64,000 nt of DNA from Eledone cirrhosa (GCA_964016885.1 OZ024741.1:56978001-57042000), one strand, 5' to 3'; shown: positions 39,126-53,848, numbered from the stretch's first letter. Made by a program: numbers and translations. The notes: generated by a model not told the origin, from the letters alone.

Positions 39126-39296
39126 GTCTGTAAGTTATATATATATTTATATATATATATATCAAAATGAAAATCCGAAGGCAAGCTGTTCCCTTGAATG
39201 GAATTGGAGATATACAAAAGCGTGGAGAACTTAATATTGCTAACATAAAGTTATTGGACCATTTTACACAACCAATAATGCACCTTACTATATAAC

Positions 39297-39329
<33 letters not shown>

Positions 39330-39330
<1 letters not shown>

Positions 39331-40730
39331 AGGGAGTGTAACTTGGAGTTACTGTAGGTTCACCCGGGTGAGCACTCGATGTTTAGGTTCACTTCTGTGT
39401 CGAGGTGTAGAACTAGACAGAGTGTATTATAGTAAAATAAAACAAGGACGAGTGGTTACTCCTTGATTACGTTTATTGGTTGGTGACGCGCGTTTCGCCA
39501 CTGATCAGTTCAAGGTTCGACTCTGTAATCCACGGTTCGTCAGACCCCTTATAATGGTAATGAAATAAAATATATATATAACTTGCAGACACATGAGTTC
39601 CTCTCTATAACAAAAATACCAAGTGATACCAAATCACATTATTACCTCCCTTAACGTTCAATCATCTTAGTTTTGTATGAAGATAAGTAAACTAGTAGAT
39701 ATAGAATGTCTATGTCCTATGCTGATTGGACTTTGAAACCTTTGGTAGCATGTATTGTAAAAAGACTTCTCCATAATTAAAGCTCATATCTAGTAAGTTA
39801 ATTGCGTAAGAGTACAAAGCAGTATATAACTTCAATGTGACATCCAACAATACAAATTTCAAAAGTTCAAAAGGATTAATGGATGTTCATTGTGATCTTT
39901 TGAAAATGTCTTCAAATTCATGTTACTTTGACGATAATCAGTGAATGTAACCATCTTTATTATTAAGAAATTTAACCTACTAGCGACATGTTGATTAACT
40001 TAGCAATTTATCTATCATATCTAAAGGACTTGGCAGTTATTTCTTCCATATCTAATGCTCATTTAAAGAGTTTAAATTATGCTGAGATCATGCATGTCAC
40101 TTAATTGACTTCTCGCTCAAGATCAAATATTTAATTTTGTTTAAGAATAGATATTATCTAAAGTAATTTTAGAGTTCAATTCTTATATAAATCGTCTCGC
40201 TCTTATCAATGTAGTTTAGGTGATCTAATAGCTTATCAAATTGCAGATACTGGTGTAATAATGTACATTTGGTGTACGTTTGATAATAAGTGAGCACAAA
40301 AATTAATCAATATACTACAGACAAAATACATTATTTAATCTTATATATGAATGTATATTTAGTTTTGATCTAAAGTACTCTTGGCATATAAGCTCCCAGA
40401 GAATGCGCATAGTCTGACAATCAACTTACACATGTCTAACCTACTCTTATCTCCATCAATACGAGAGAGTCTATACAGTTGTTGTATCTATTAGAAATAT
40501 CATATATGTAATCACAAACCCGATGGAGTGCAAATTATTAATCTCATGGAACAATCATTATCACGACCTTGCTCTAACATGATCCTGGGCATCATGCAGG
40601 AAACCATTCGGAGTTGTATGTATCTCGTATCGCTTGATATATAAAAATATATGGCTATATTTTTGTATCGAACACTATATGTACTTTTGTACATATTGTT
40701 GATATCATTTATCAAAACTGAGACAATATA
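39330..40730 (-). mobile_element. Probable PLE-derived element or pseudo-LTR between TA tracts
   Basis: Hammerhead plus AATAAA near its 3' end; any coding remnant is too decayed to confirm. Confidence 0.5.
39482..39549 (-). ncRNA. Type I hammerhead ribozyme
   Basis: GGT-CTGACGA-long stem II-GAAAC-GCGC-GTC-ACC, then AATAAA. Confidence 0.7.
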
Positions 40731-40944
40731 TGTATGTATGTGTATATGTGTGGGTATATATATATATATATACACACATTGATAATTTGCCTAGTATAAG
40801 CAGTATTTAAGATAGAATTTCACAATAACATTGTAGATAGCAGTTTTAAGATATAATCGATTGTATACTAGACAATGAAACATATGTTAATGCTTGGAAT
40901 AAAAGAATAAAACCCTATTGTATTGCTTATCCGTGTTAATCATC

Positions 40945-40976
<32 letters not shown>

Positions 40977-41107
40977 GTACGTATATATATGCATATATAT
41001 ATATATATATATATAGTGGTGGAACACTGGAAGGTAATATCCGTAGTGGTATAACACTCAGTCCATGGGACGAGTTAGGTAGAAGTGGTTACACAACAGT
41101 TAGTTCA

Positions 41108-41154
41108 CCATACCGGGAACAATTGTTTCACCTTAGCGGATCCTCAGCTCATGG
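41108..41154 (-). ncRNA. Minimal hammerhead motif in the PLE pLTR
   Basis: CTGAGGA-TCC-GCTAA-GGT-GAAA-CAATTG-TT. Confidence 0.6.
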
Positions 41155-42011
41155 TTATAGGAACAGGAAGGACAACCGTACGAACGCGCATGCGCAGAAA
41201 CCCGGTCACTTCACACAGGCAATACCAGACAGCGTGCGAGACGTGTAAGGGAGATAACTGCGAAAGTCCGAAAAGTTTTTAGGTTGAAAATAAAATTACA
41301 AAGAATCAGTTCGGAGCCTTGTAGTTATTCAATAGGTGTTTGACGACGTGTGGACAACGTGTGAAAAATTCATTTCTCGTGTTTAGGCAATCACTATTGC
41401 GTAATCTCTTTAGAATAGTTATTCGTTCGTCAATTCATAAGCCACACGTCGGATTTCCCCTTGCGTATGGTTTGGACTTAGTGATGGCTTTCCATTGGAT
41501 GGAGTAGTCTATACTTGAGTCCTTGAGGGACCATACGTGGCTCGCGAGTTTCGTGGATGAACGTCTGTCCGGGTACCTGAAGGTAGACTGGTGGTTCAGG
41601 AAACGTTCCTTAAATCGGCCCTCCGCCATGCCCACATAGGATTTGATCTCCTGTGGTTCGTTTGGTCGGTTGGAAGTGACCACAGCTTCATAAAATACAG
41701 CTGGTGTGTTGCATTGCTGTTGAAGGGGAGCAAGCTTCAGGCTTACGGCAAGATCACCCTGGTGGGGTGTTGTTCCTAGGGCTGCTGGTGATGTGGGCCT
41801 TTATCTTCTTAGCGCAGGAGTATCCTAGTTTAACTTTGTGTCGGTTAAAGATTGAGCGGTATTTATGACCTATGGGAAAGTGTCTATCTAAGAGGGCTAG
41901 AAATTCTTTTCCTATATTGGTTTTAACGTTGAGTGAGAAGGGAGGAGAGAACCAGATAGTTTGTCTATTGTTGCGCTTACTTTTCTTAATGGTGTTGTTG
42001 CTAGTGGGAGA

Positions 42012-43230
42012 TTAAGTGATAGGTTGTGGGAAGCCGATGTTAGCCAACGCCGTTTTATAGTAGGGTGCCGCCCTGTCAAAGATAGCCTTATTAGAGGAGG
42101 GGTTTGAGATTCTAGTACTGATATTCTTAACGAAGTTTCTAAAAACAGTGGGAGAGTGACACGAGTCCTTGTGAATGTAATTGAGTTTCTCGTTTAGCTT
42201 ATGGAAGGGTCTGTGGGTGTGTCTGCGAAGGTCTAAATTAATGTCTAAGAAATCTACGTTAGAGAGGTTGGTGGCTACTGTTATCCTAAGTCCTAACTCA
42301 TTGAAGGTAGAAGCTAAGTCTTTTTTAAACCGGTCGAGGTCGTGACCACTTTTATGGCTCGATAAAGTCAGTCCATCGTCGCGGTATATTCCCGTGTGGA
42401 AGTCCGGGAATCTAACACGTAATATGTCTAAGATAAATAGGCCAACCAAGTCACATACGTCAGCACTGTCAAACGATCCCATGGAGACGACGAATAGGTC
42501 TGAAGTTGTAGACTTCTTTGCCCAGGCTACTCCGTCGTTGAAGAGGAGGGTTTTCCGGCAGTGAGCGATGATTTCCCTGTCTAAACCATCGACGGTGGTA
42601 TAAGTGGTAGCGAAGTCCAACGCATTTTTTAACAGGGTCTCTGAGATCGACGGGTAAAAATCGACAATGTCAAACTGTGTGAACTTCGCTTTTTTGGATT
42701 TTAAGGAGTTAAACCACTTAATTACGGAGTCGCTGTTCTCCCACTGGGGCAGGTTGGACTTGGTCCTAATGGTCTTAACTATGTTTCTAAGTATGGCCTT
42801 ACTGACTAGTCCCATATCTGTGCGTGCCGGGTTTGTTAGTCTACATGTGGGGTTAGAAGTAAAGTCTACCTTGTGATCTTTCAGGGTGAGGAACGCCTCC
42901 CGCTTAGCTAGAGATTGTAGCTTCTTATCTACCTTAAGGTCGGTGGCAAGTTCCTTGGTTTCTGTATTAATGTCGTGGTAGGCCATAGGGTTAGCTTTCT
43001 TATATTTAGAAGTAATAGCGTTATGGGCCAGGTGGCGGAAAGTGGTGTTGTCGACTTCGTAAATATTATTAGTTTTGTCGGAAAGAACGAAGGTGTTATT
43101 AGAAGACCTAAATTTCTTAATATCATTTCTGAGTTTCGTTTGAAAGGTGTTAGTGTGTTTACGAAAAAAAATGTTAGCGACTAAGTCAAGAAGGTCCGTC
43201 TCGAAAGGAGCAAGTTCGGTTACCTTAGGA
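42012..43230 (-). pseudogene. PLE reverse transcriptase (ORF 42012-42986 plus upstream frameshifted part)
   Basis: RT motifs as listed for the element. Confidence 0.88.
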
Positions 43231-43547
43231 GGGTATATATATATGTATATATATGTGTACGTATATATATATATATATATATGTGTGTATTTATATATAT
43301 ATATATATATATATAAATTAATTCGAGGTTAATTACCGACACTTCAGTATGCAGGGTAGAGCACTCAACGAAGTGTGCAGGTGGGTCTGTTTACTCTGGA
43401 ATATATATAGTGTGTGTTGGTGTGTGACGTTTAGTTATGATTGGTTCATTAGTTTGAGTACTCAATACCTATATGGGTCCGGTTGCCGATATGGTATTCT
43501 ACGTTTGGTATTCTACGTTCGGTATTATATCCTTAAGAAGTAAAGTG

Positions 43548-43680
43548 TTAATAATGATTACAAGACCAGGAGTTTGGGGGAAGGGAAAAATCGATTAAAT
43601 CGACCTCAGAACATTACATAAGGATGAAAGGCAAAACTAACCTCGGCGGGAATTGAACTCAGAACGAGTAGGAACGAAGT
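43548..43680 (-). mobile_element. SINE family A, deleted
   Basis: AAGGATGAAAGGCAAAACTAACCTCGGCGGGAATTGAACTCAG. Confidence 0.75.
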
Positions 43681-44250
43681 ATCTGTATAACATCATTATG
43701 TTTATTCACATGTGACGCTCATCAGACGAGCTATCGATTCCTTGAAATGAACACCGTACATACATACATATAAGCCACGCGCTTTCAATATATACATATA
43801 CATATATGTGTGTGTGTATGTGTGTGTGTGCGTGTGTATGTGTGAGTGTGTGTGTGTGTGTGCGTGTGTATGTGTGAGTGTGTGTGTGTGTGTGCGTGCG
43901 TGTGAGTGTGTGTGTGCATGTCTGTGCGCATATGTGTAGATGTGTGTGTATAATATATGATATCATATATGTATGTGTATACGTGCATGCATATGTTAAT
44001 GTTTACACAGTAGTACTCAATACATAGTATAAGGTTCATATTAACAATCAGTTAACGCTGCTCGGAATTTCATGCATGCAATACGACAGGAATCCTCCTC
44101 TCGAGCAAACATTTAACTACTCACTCATTCTCTTACTCGCCAAAACTGTCCTTGCTTTTGTAATATTGCTTGATTCTATTCATCTTCACTCTACAACATC
44201 CACACATACATATGTACGTACATACATCATATATAAATAAACACACACAC

Positions 44251-44315
<65 letters not shown>

Positions 44316-44339
44316 TACATACATACATACATACATACA

Positions 44340-44375
<36 letters not shown>

Positions 44376-44395
44376 CGCACAAAAATACATGACTG

Positions 44396-45614
44396 CAGAC
44401 ACACACACCACTTACACCACCCACTCTACACACCCTACCACCACTAACCCTCACTAACACCCGCATTCAACCCTTTCCCCACCACCACTATACTAACACC
44501 CCTTCACCACACACACACTCATCCAAACACGCACACACACACCAGTACACTACACTCCCTCCATCGTCCTCCACACCTTTCTTCCCCCCCCCCCCCTCCC
44601 CGCTCCACGCACACCCCTTCTCACACACACACACGTCCCACTAACACCTCTACTAATACACCCCCTGCCCACTCCACCTTTCACACCTACCCATCCTCTT
44701 CCCTGTCCACCGCACCTCCGCACACACTGACACACCGACTTTCTCCACCTGCCATTCTCCCCGACTGCTGCTATGCCCTGTCTCTCTGACCACCTCTCCG
44801 CACACACAGACACACAACCATCCTCCTGCCTTGACCCTCTGACCACATCCCGTTGCGCGCGCACCCCACATCTCCCCTCTTCCGACCAACCCAACCACGG
44901 ATTACACACATTGGACATCGCTCCCACGAATCAACTCCATCACAAGGAAATTACCCGGCATCCCACCACAACTGCTACGGAATTACCTTAGGAACTCACC
45001 CACGGACATACACTAAAGAAAATTTTTTTCCCACACGCCACCTACATCCACAATACGTATAAACACCACACACACGTGCGTACCACCACATATTTACACA
45101 CTCAGCCTCCGAAATCCTTTCCTCCCTCCCCACCCCTCTGACCCCTCCCCATCCACACATGCACACACACACCGACCTACAGCCAACCTCACACACACCT
45201 TTTCCTGAACATGCAACCCCATTCTTCCCCCAACTCTTACATTCACATACACACACACACCACCTTCAGCCTCCCCGCTCGGACACCCCGCCTCCTTCTC
45301 CTCACTCCACCCTCCACCACCCCTACACTCCCCATACCCTTCCACCACTTGTTTTACTTCATGCTTATTTTTATTTTTATTATGCTTTTATATTTATTTT
45401 CATTTGTACTGTTTCCTCTCACCCCCTTTCTTCTAAATGTCTCTTCCCCCACTCCCCTACACACCCTTGGAACTCTCTTCCCACACACTTTTCGCCTGAA
45501 GAAGGGCTTATGCCCGAAACGTCGTCCCCCACGACCACCCCACTCTCAAGAGCGTGAAACTAATAAACATTTGTTCGTACTGCCTCTCTGTTTTGTTCCC
45601 GTTCAATTGTTCAC
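44396..45614 (+). mobile_element. C/A-rich non-autonomous PLE-like element
   Basis: Strong C/A strand skew, possible decayed GIY-YIG C-terminus near 44850-45065, hammerhead core at 45497, AATAAA at 45562. Confidence 0.55.
45490..45530 (+). ncRNA. Hammerhead core (stem I degenerate)
   Basis: CTGAAGA-AGGGC-TTAT-GCCC-GAAA-CG-TC. Confidence 0.55.
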
Positions 45615-45672
45615 TATATATATATATAAAACGAGTTGGCAGCCACCATATATATATATATATATATATATA

Positions 45673-46280
45673 TGGTGGCTGCCAACTCGTTTTCGAGTAC
45701 GGCCACTACTTTATATCCATGTACGAGAACCCCTACCGATGCGCTGAACGAGTGTGACTTTTTAGTCCAGCCAGCGACTTGAAAACTCTGGTACAAACAC
45801 TACACTTGTGACAATTATTGACACATAGTGCTGGGCCCATGGTACCATGTGACGACAAGTGCAGAGAGATCTCCAGATACAAAGCAATGCCTGTGCCGTG
45901 AAGCTTTTAAAGTGAGCAAAGGCACTGCACAAAGCCAGTCCCACTCTCTTGACCAAGATGATATTTACCAAAAAGAAGAACAAGTCAACATCATTGGATA
46001 CCATCAGGGTTGCAGGTGTTATATCAGAGTTTTCCTTCTCCTAGAATTCTGTCTTGACAAAGGCTAAGGGGTCATCTCTCCCGGTGATTTTGGATGGCCA
46101 TTGACTCGTAAGAGCTCCTTTGCCTTTGACAGGTTTTGTTTTTAGTCCTGCAGGATATCCAAAGTCACCTTCCTCACCAAGAAACGTTGGTGGGTTTGCC
46201 AGTTTAGTCGCCAACGACCCGACCATGGGACAGGTTGTACTGGAATACATGTTACCAGTAGCACCAACTGGTGACCTGAC
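45673..46280 (-). mobile_element. Non-autonomous RTE-derived element (about 608 bp), copy A
   Basis: 5' part resembles an RTE-type 5'UTR (also at 60195-60387); 3' part encodes a C2H2 remnant CSVCTRVFKSLAGLKSH; near-identical to 53849-54454. Confidence 0.75.
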
Positions 46281-46361
46281 ATATATATATACATACATAC
46301 ATACATACATTCTTACCGATGCTTGCGTGGAAAAATTGACGTTAAACAGTGAGGATGATGA

Positions 46362-46897
<536 letters not shown>

Positions 46898-47375
46898 GAC
46901 CTTAAGAGCTCCTTTGACAGGTTTTGTTTTTAGTCCTGCAGGATGTCCAAAGTCACCATGGGACAGGTTGTACTGGGATATATGTTACCAGTAGCACCAA
47001 CTGGTGACCTGACATACATACATACATACATACATACATACATACATACATACATACATACATACATACATGGTGGCTGCCAACTCGTTTTCGAGTACGG
47101 CCACTACTTTATATCCATGTAGGAGAACCCCTACCGATGCGCTGAATGAGTGTGACTTTTTAGTCCAGCCAGCGACTTGAAAACTCTGGTATAAACACTA
47201 CACTTGTGACAATGACTGACACATAGTGCTGGACCCATGGTACCAGAGAGATCTCCAGATACAAAGCAATGCCTGTGCCGGTAAGCTTTTATAGTGAACA
47301 AAGGCACTGCACAAAGCCAGTCCCACTCTCTATACTGGAATACATGTTACCAGTAGCACCAACTGGTGACCTGAC
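46898..47375 (-). mobile_element. Two deleted copies of the RTE-derived element (46898-47013, 47071-47375)
   Basis: Collinear with copy A, with internal deletions. Confidence 0.85.
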
Positions 47376-47453
47376 ATGTATATTTACATACATACATACA
47401 TTCTTACCGATGCTAGCGTGGAAAAATTGACGTTAAACAGTGAGGATGATGAT

Positions 47454-47501
<48 letters not shown>

Positions 47502-47502
<1 letters not shown>

Positions 47503-47689
47503 ATTGTTTCTAATTTAGGCACAAGGCCAGCAATTACCCAGTGTATTCATGGTACTTTATTTTATCGACCCCGTAAGGATGAAAGGCAAAGTCAACCTCG
47601 GCGGGATTTGAACTCAGATAGTAAAGGGACGTAACTATGCTGGAAAGCATGGCGCCCGAGCCTCTACCGATACTGCCAATCCACCGCCC
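47502..47689 (-). mobile_element. SINE family A, full length
   Basis: A box TGGCAGTATCGG, B box GAGTTCAAATC. Confidence 0.92.
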
Positions 47690-47899
47690 TATATATATAT
47701 ATATAATATATAATATATATATATAATATATATATATATATAATATATATATAATATATAATATTGTTATACTTTGGGAGGGTCATGTTGCCAATAAGAA
47801 ACACACGCTAGCATCGGTAAGAATGTATGTATATATACGAAATATATATAATATATATATATATAATATATATATAATATATATATATATAATATATCA

Positions 47900-49830
47900 A
47901 TCTCTATACCTCTCATTTATATACATAGTATATATATATTTATTAAATAACAGATTAAAGTTTAAGCAAAGAATCCCTGCTTTCACCCTTAACGGGATCT
48001 TCTGAAACTAACAAAGTCAATCTGTAAACGCAGAACTGGATATTTCAAAAAACGTTGCAACCGGAGGAAGACAGGAAGACGATACTTTGGTTCGTGGAAA
48101 CGTTCGCTGGCAAAGAACGGGAAAAAACGAATAAGATACGTCATTAATAGGAGCGGTGAAAAACAATTACGCGCAAAGACAGAACCACGTTTATAGTATA
48201 AAAGAGGTCGTAGACTAATGTTCTCTTAGGTGGTGCATAGAGACGTTCTCTGGCAATGAACGAAAAAATGAAGATAATAAGTCATATGTGGAGCATGGAG
48301 AACAATAGCACGCAAAGACAAAACCACGTAAATGGTATAGCAGAAGTCATAGACTAAAATTCTATCTAGGAGACCAAATGAATCTCCGCTACAGAGTTAA
48401 GAACAAAGTAAATAAATACAATACAGAAGTAATAGAAATAAATACGTATATAACAAGCGCACACACATACCTACATATAAATACACGAATGTTCGGAGAC
48501 GTAAGTCAACTAAAACAAGAAGTACACATATACACACACCCACCATACGTACGAACCTGCATACTCACGCAGACGCAAAACTCCCGTATACACATAGCCA
48601 AACCCTAAATACCAGAATATATAAAAATTATACGCCATAACAATCAAATATACGTACGAGAAGGTATACATACCTTCACAAAACATACGGGTAATATATA
48701 CTTACCTATGCAAATAAGTAAAGGAATAAACAAAACATATACTTAGCTCCCACATCAAGACGTAAAATATCCACGTATAGATCGTACTATCCGTTAGGGT
48801 ATAACGTGGGGCTGTAATACAGGAAAGTTTTGTGCAATTTATGTTTACAAGCCGAAATTGCCTGAGATTTTTTGTTTAAGATGTGGTCTGTGGCGTAGAG
48901 TATTTCCAGGGCCTCAGCGGCGCAGAGGTCACATGACCTTTTATTTCCGTTATACGATCTAGCCCTAGCTAGGATCTCCCAGTGTAACTTATATTGGGTG
49001 TGGTTGTCTTTTAGACTTCAGATATAAGCTGAAAGTGACGTCATATTTCTTCTTAGAGGGTAACGAAAAGAATGGGTATGCATGTAAAGACGCTGCTTGA
49101 AACTATTGGCGGTTAACCCTATGTAGGCCCTACGGGACGTGGGTGTTACAACCTTACATTTGTAGACAATGTTACTAGAGAGGCATTTCCCGGATAGGGG
49201 GCAATCAGCCCGATTCCTACAATTTCAGTTAGTACTAACTACAGGGTTGCACGTGTTCCTACGGCTAGGTAGTTTAGCTAAATTTGAAGCTGTGATGTTA
49301 TGTGCAAGGTTAGGAGTCGTAGAGTAAGAAATTTTAATAGTATTTCTATTAAAAATGTTACTATATTTATGTGTAGGGGGAAAATGCTTCGTAATAAGGG
49401 AAAGAAAGATCTTAGCTAATGGTGTGGCCACCTCCATATTATATGGTGGGTTAAACCAACAAATGCGACGGGATCTATTTCTTCTAGGTCTATTTTCGTA
49501 CTCTGTATATGCTACCTTATCGACAAATCCACTTCGAGCAAGAGCTTCATTGTAATAAGTGGAATGGTCGTTGAAAATGCGCTCGTTGGTGGAAAGACGG
49601 GAAAGCCTCAACGAAACGTTTCTTACCAGGTTCTTAGTTATGCTGGCAGGATGGTTGGAATGCTTACTTATGTAATTAAGCGTATCATTCGGCTTTCTAT
49701 ACGGGTAATACAACCCATTCAATAAATTGAGGGTAACGTCGAGGTAATTAACGACCGAGAGATTGGCCTCAACCTGTATAGAGAGGTTGAAGCCTTTAAA
49801 GAAGGCTGTGAGTTCTTTTCTGGCTCTACG
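47900..49830 (-). mobile_element. Penelope-like element 3' part (RT thumb, GIY-YIG, long pLTR)
   Basis: NYLDVTL, PYRKPN, SNHP, WFNPPYN, CRNRADCPLSGKCLSSNIVYKC...YIG; degenerate hammerhead at 47970-48008; about 140-bp tandem duplication at 48098-48372. Confidence 0.9.
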
Positions 49831-49909
49831 GTTCTTATATATTTGATATATATTTATCCTTATCGAGCCCTCTTTGGATTTTAGTCTTCAATTTTATTAT
49901 TATTACTAT

Positions 49910-50684
49910 AGTATATATATATATATAATATATAATATATATATATAATATATAATATATATATATAATATATATAATATATATATATAATATATATTAT
50001 ATATATATAATATATATAATATATATAATATATATATATAATTGTTTCTACTTTAGGCACAAGGCCAGCAATTACCCAGTGTATTACTGGTACTTTATTT
50101 TATCGACCCTGTAAGGATGAAAGGCAAAGTCAACCTCGCGGGATTTGAACTCAGATCGTAAAGGGACGTAACTATATATATAATATATATATATAATATA
50201 TAATATATATATAATATATAATATATATATATATAATATATATATATAATATATATATAATATATATATAATATATATATATATAATATTTATATAATAT
50301 ATATATAATATATATATAATATATATATATATAATATATATATATTATATATATATATTATATATTATATATATATATTATATATATATATTATATATAT
50401 ATATTATATATATTATATATATATATTATATGTTATATATATATTTTATATATTATATATATATATAATATATATAATATATATATATAATATATATAAT
50501 TGTTTCTACTTTTGGCACAAGGCCAGCAATTATCCCAGTACATTACTGGTACTTTATTTTATCGACCCCGTAAGGATGAAAGGCAAAGTAAACCTCGGCG
50601 GGATTTGAACTCAGATCGTAAAGGGACGTAACTATGCTGGAAAGCATGGCGCCCGACCTTCTACCGATACTGCCAATCCACCGC

Positions 50685-50764
<80 letters not shown>

Positions 50765-50945
50765 GATATATAATATATAATATATATAATATATATAATA
50801 TATATATATAATATATAATATATATATATAATATATAATATATATATATATATAATATATATATATATAATATATATATATATAATATATATATATAATA
50901 TATATATATAATATATAATATATATATATCATATATATATATATA
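49910..50945. repeat. Interrupted TA arrays containing two SINE family A copies (50040-50172, 50498-50686, both minus)
   Basis: Directly visible; the SINEs are near-identical to 47502-47689. Confidence 0.92.
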
Positions 50946-51319
50946 CTTATTTTCTTCACCCTTCGTATCACCATGAATTCCTACTTTTAACACGTTGTGC
51001 TACATCATATCTAACTTCATCTATAATTGTTACATGTACTAAACTATCAATCATGATTAATAAATTCCCTTCCTATCGTATTTCCACTAAGACACATCCA
51101 TGTTATACACTCAATATATGGCACTACGCCATTCTGACTGACAATCACACTCCCTGATTTCCATTTTCTCATACATACATACATACATACATACATACAT
51201 ACATACATACATACAGACAAACATACATACATACATGCATACATACATACGTGCATACAGACAGACATACATACATGCATGCATACATACATGCATGCAT
51301 GCATGCATGCATACGTACA

Positions 51320-51569
51320 TGGTGGCTGCCAACTCGTTTTCGAGTACGGCCACTACTTTATATCCATGTAGGAAAACTCCTACCGATGCGCTGAACGAAT
51401 GACTTTAGTCCAGCCAACGACTTGAAAACTTTGGTACAAACACTACACCTGTGACAATTATTGACACATAGTGCTAGGCCCATGGTACCATGGTACCATG
51501 TGACGACCCGACCATGAGACAGGTTGTACTGGGATACATGTTACCAGTAGCACCAACTGGTGACCTGAC
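51320..51569 (-). mobile_element. Deleted copy C of the RTE-derived element
   Basis: 3' and 5' ends joined at a CGAC microhomology near 51505. Confidence 0.85.
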
Positions 51570-51608
51570 ATACATTATATATACATACATACATATATAC
51601 ATACATAC

Positions 51609-51834
51609 ATAAATAATGTAGGATAAAGTGTGTGTGTGTGCTATAACCAATCTCAAGGTCAGAATATGTTGGATAGATTGGTATGAGACAAGATGTTAAG
51701 ATGAGATATTCAAACTCAATGTGTTTGTGTTATATCTCATCTGAACATCTTGTCTCATACCAATCTATCCAACATATTCTGACCTTGAGATTGGTTATAG
51801 CACACACACACACACTTTATCCTACATTATTTAT
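51609..51834. repeat. Near-perfect inverted repeat (about 100-bp arms, 22-nt spacer)
   Basis: One mismatch and one (GT) unit difference between arms. Confidence 0.96.
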
Positions 51835-52585
51835 ATTATATTATGTATAATCCATATACATTTTCATTACTTTTTCACCAATCTCTCATTTATTCTTTAT
51901 TCTTTATTCTCTATTTATTTATTTATTTTCAAATTACACAAATTATATTAATTATTTTATTATATTATTTATTTATTTTCTGTTTTCTTCATTTATTGCC
52001 TTATATTTCTTCATAGACATGGAAGAACCCCCCCCCCCCCCACCACCACCACCACCACCACCACCACCGCTACGATGGTGGCGGGAGGGATGAAGAAAAA
52101 ACACAAAGTGGATACTTCTAAATTGTTAGCAGCAGCAAGATATAAGCTGACCACTACACCAACAACAGTAACAAAATAATGGTGGAGGTCAAATGTACTG
52201 AACAATAGCAGGCAAAAACACTACAGGGAGCCTCACCTCAGAAAGAATTCTATAGACTTCTGACTGAGGAATGCTCTCAGAACTGACCAATGGGAAGTTT
52301 GACACTTTTTTTGTTATTTTGTTCCTTTAACACCTTGTCCCTTCTACCATTTTATCAATTGTTAAGCTAACTCCAACAATAACAACACTTAGAATGAGGA
52401 ATGTTCTAATAACTGACCAATGAGAGGAGAAGGGGACCTTTGACGCTGAAATTCGTTTGTTTGAATTCATATGACTCCAGTTCCTCAGTGAATTAACAAC
52501 CCAACAAGGAACTGGGCATATCAGAGTATTGACAATATTATACACCTAAACAACATATGTACTTGTCTATACCATACTAATTCAA

Positions 52586-52640
52586 ACTGCCTGAAGAGGT
52601 CACAGCCAAAGATGGCTGTCACTAAAATATATATAGCAGT
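52586..52640 (+). ncRNA. Type I hammerhead fold with GAAA mutated to AAAA (probably inactive)
   Basis: ACTGC-CTGAAGA-..ACAGCCA-AAGA-TGGCTGT..-AAAA-TATATA-TA-GCAGT, then AATAAA. Confidence 0.6.
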
Positions 52641-52689
52641 AATAAACGAAGCTAAATTTTAATCATTTGACTTTTATTTAACTTTATTT

Positions 52690-52757
52690 TATATATATAA
52701 TATATATATATATAATATATATATATTATATATATATATTATATATATAATATATAT

Positions 52758-52844
<87 letters not shown>

Positions 52845-53383
52845 TATATTATATTTATATATTATATATATATATTATATATATATATTATATATATATA
52901 TTATATTTATATATTATATATATATATTATATATATATATTATATATATCTATTATATATTATATATATATATTATATATATATATTATATATTATATAT
53001 ATATATTATATATATATATAATATATATATATAATATATATATATATATAATATATATATATATAATATATATATATATATAATATATATATATATAATA
53101 TATAATATATATATAATATATATATATAATATATAATAGATATATAATATATATATATATATATATATAATATATAATATATATATATATAATATATAAT
53201 ATATATATATAATATATATATATATATAATATATATATATATATAATATATATATATATAAATATAATATATATATATAATATATATATAATATATAATA
53301 TATATATATAATATATATATATATAAATATAATATATATATATAATATATAATATATATATATAATATATAATATATATATAT

Positions 53384-53448
<65 letters not shown>
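52690..53448. repeat. Long interrupted TA array
   Basis: Directly visible. Confidence 0.97.
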
Positions 53449-53450
<2 letters not shown>

Positions 53451-53848
53451 TTATTTTCTTCACCCTTCGTCTCACCATGAATTCCTACTTTTAACACGTT
53501 GTGCTACATCATATCTAACTTCATCCATACTTGTTACATGTACTAAACTATCAATCATGATTAATAAATTCCCTTTCTATCGTATTTCCACTAAGACACA
53601 TCCATGTTATACACTCAATATATGGCACTCCGCCATTCTGAATGACAATCACACTCCCTGATTTCCATTTGCTCATACATATATACATACATACATACAT
53701 ACATACATACATACATACATACATACATACATACATACAGACAGACAGACAAACATACATACATGCATACATACATACGTGCATACAGACAGACATACAT
53801 ACATGCACGCATGCATGCATACATACATGCATGCATGCATACATACAT

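Larger units (their letters stand above)
41015..43232 (-). mobile_element. Penelope-like element, 5'-truncated (RT + GIY-YIG + pLTR)
   Basis: SDKTNNIY, TLKDHK, QFDIVDFYPS, SMGSFDS, IYRDDG; GIY-YIG VFY...YVG, FKERFLNH, C.LC-like motif. Confidence 0.92.

Noticed and set aside
43700-43735. CTGATGA hammerhead half on the minus strand
   Set aside because: No GAAA or stem III follows.
47590-47689. tRNA gene
   Set aside because: A/B boxes are SINE heads with no cloverleaf and run into a SINE body.
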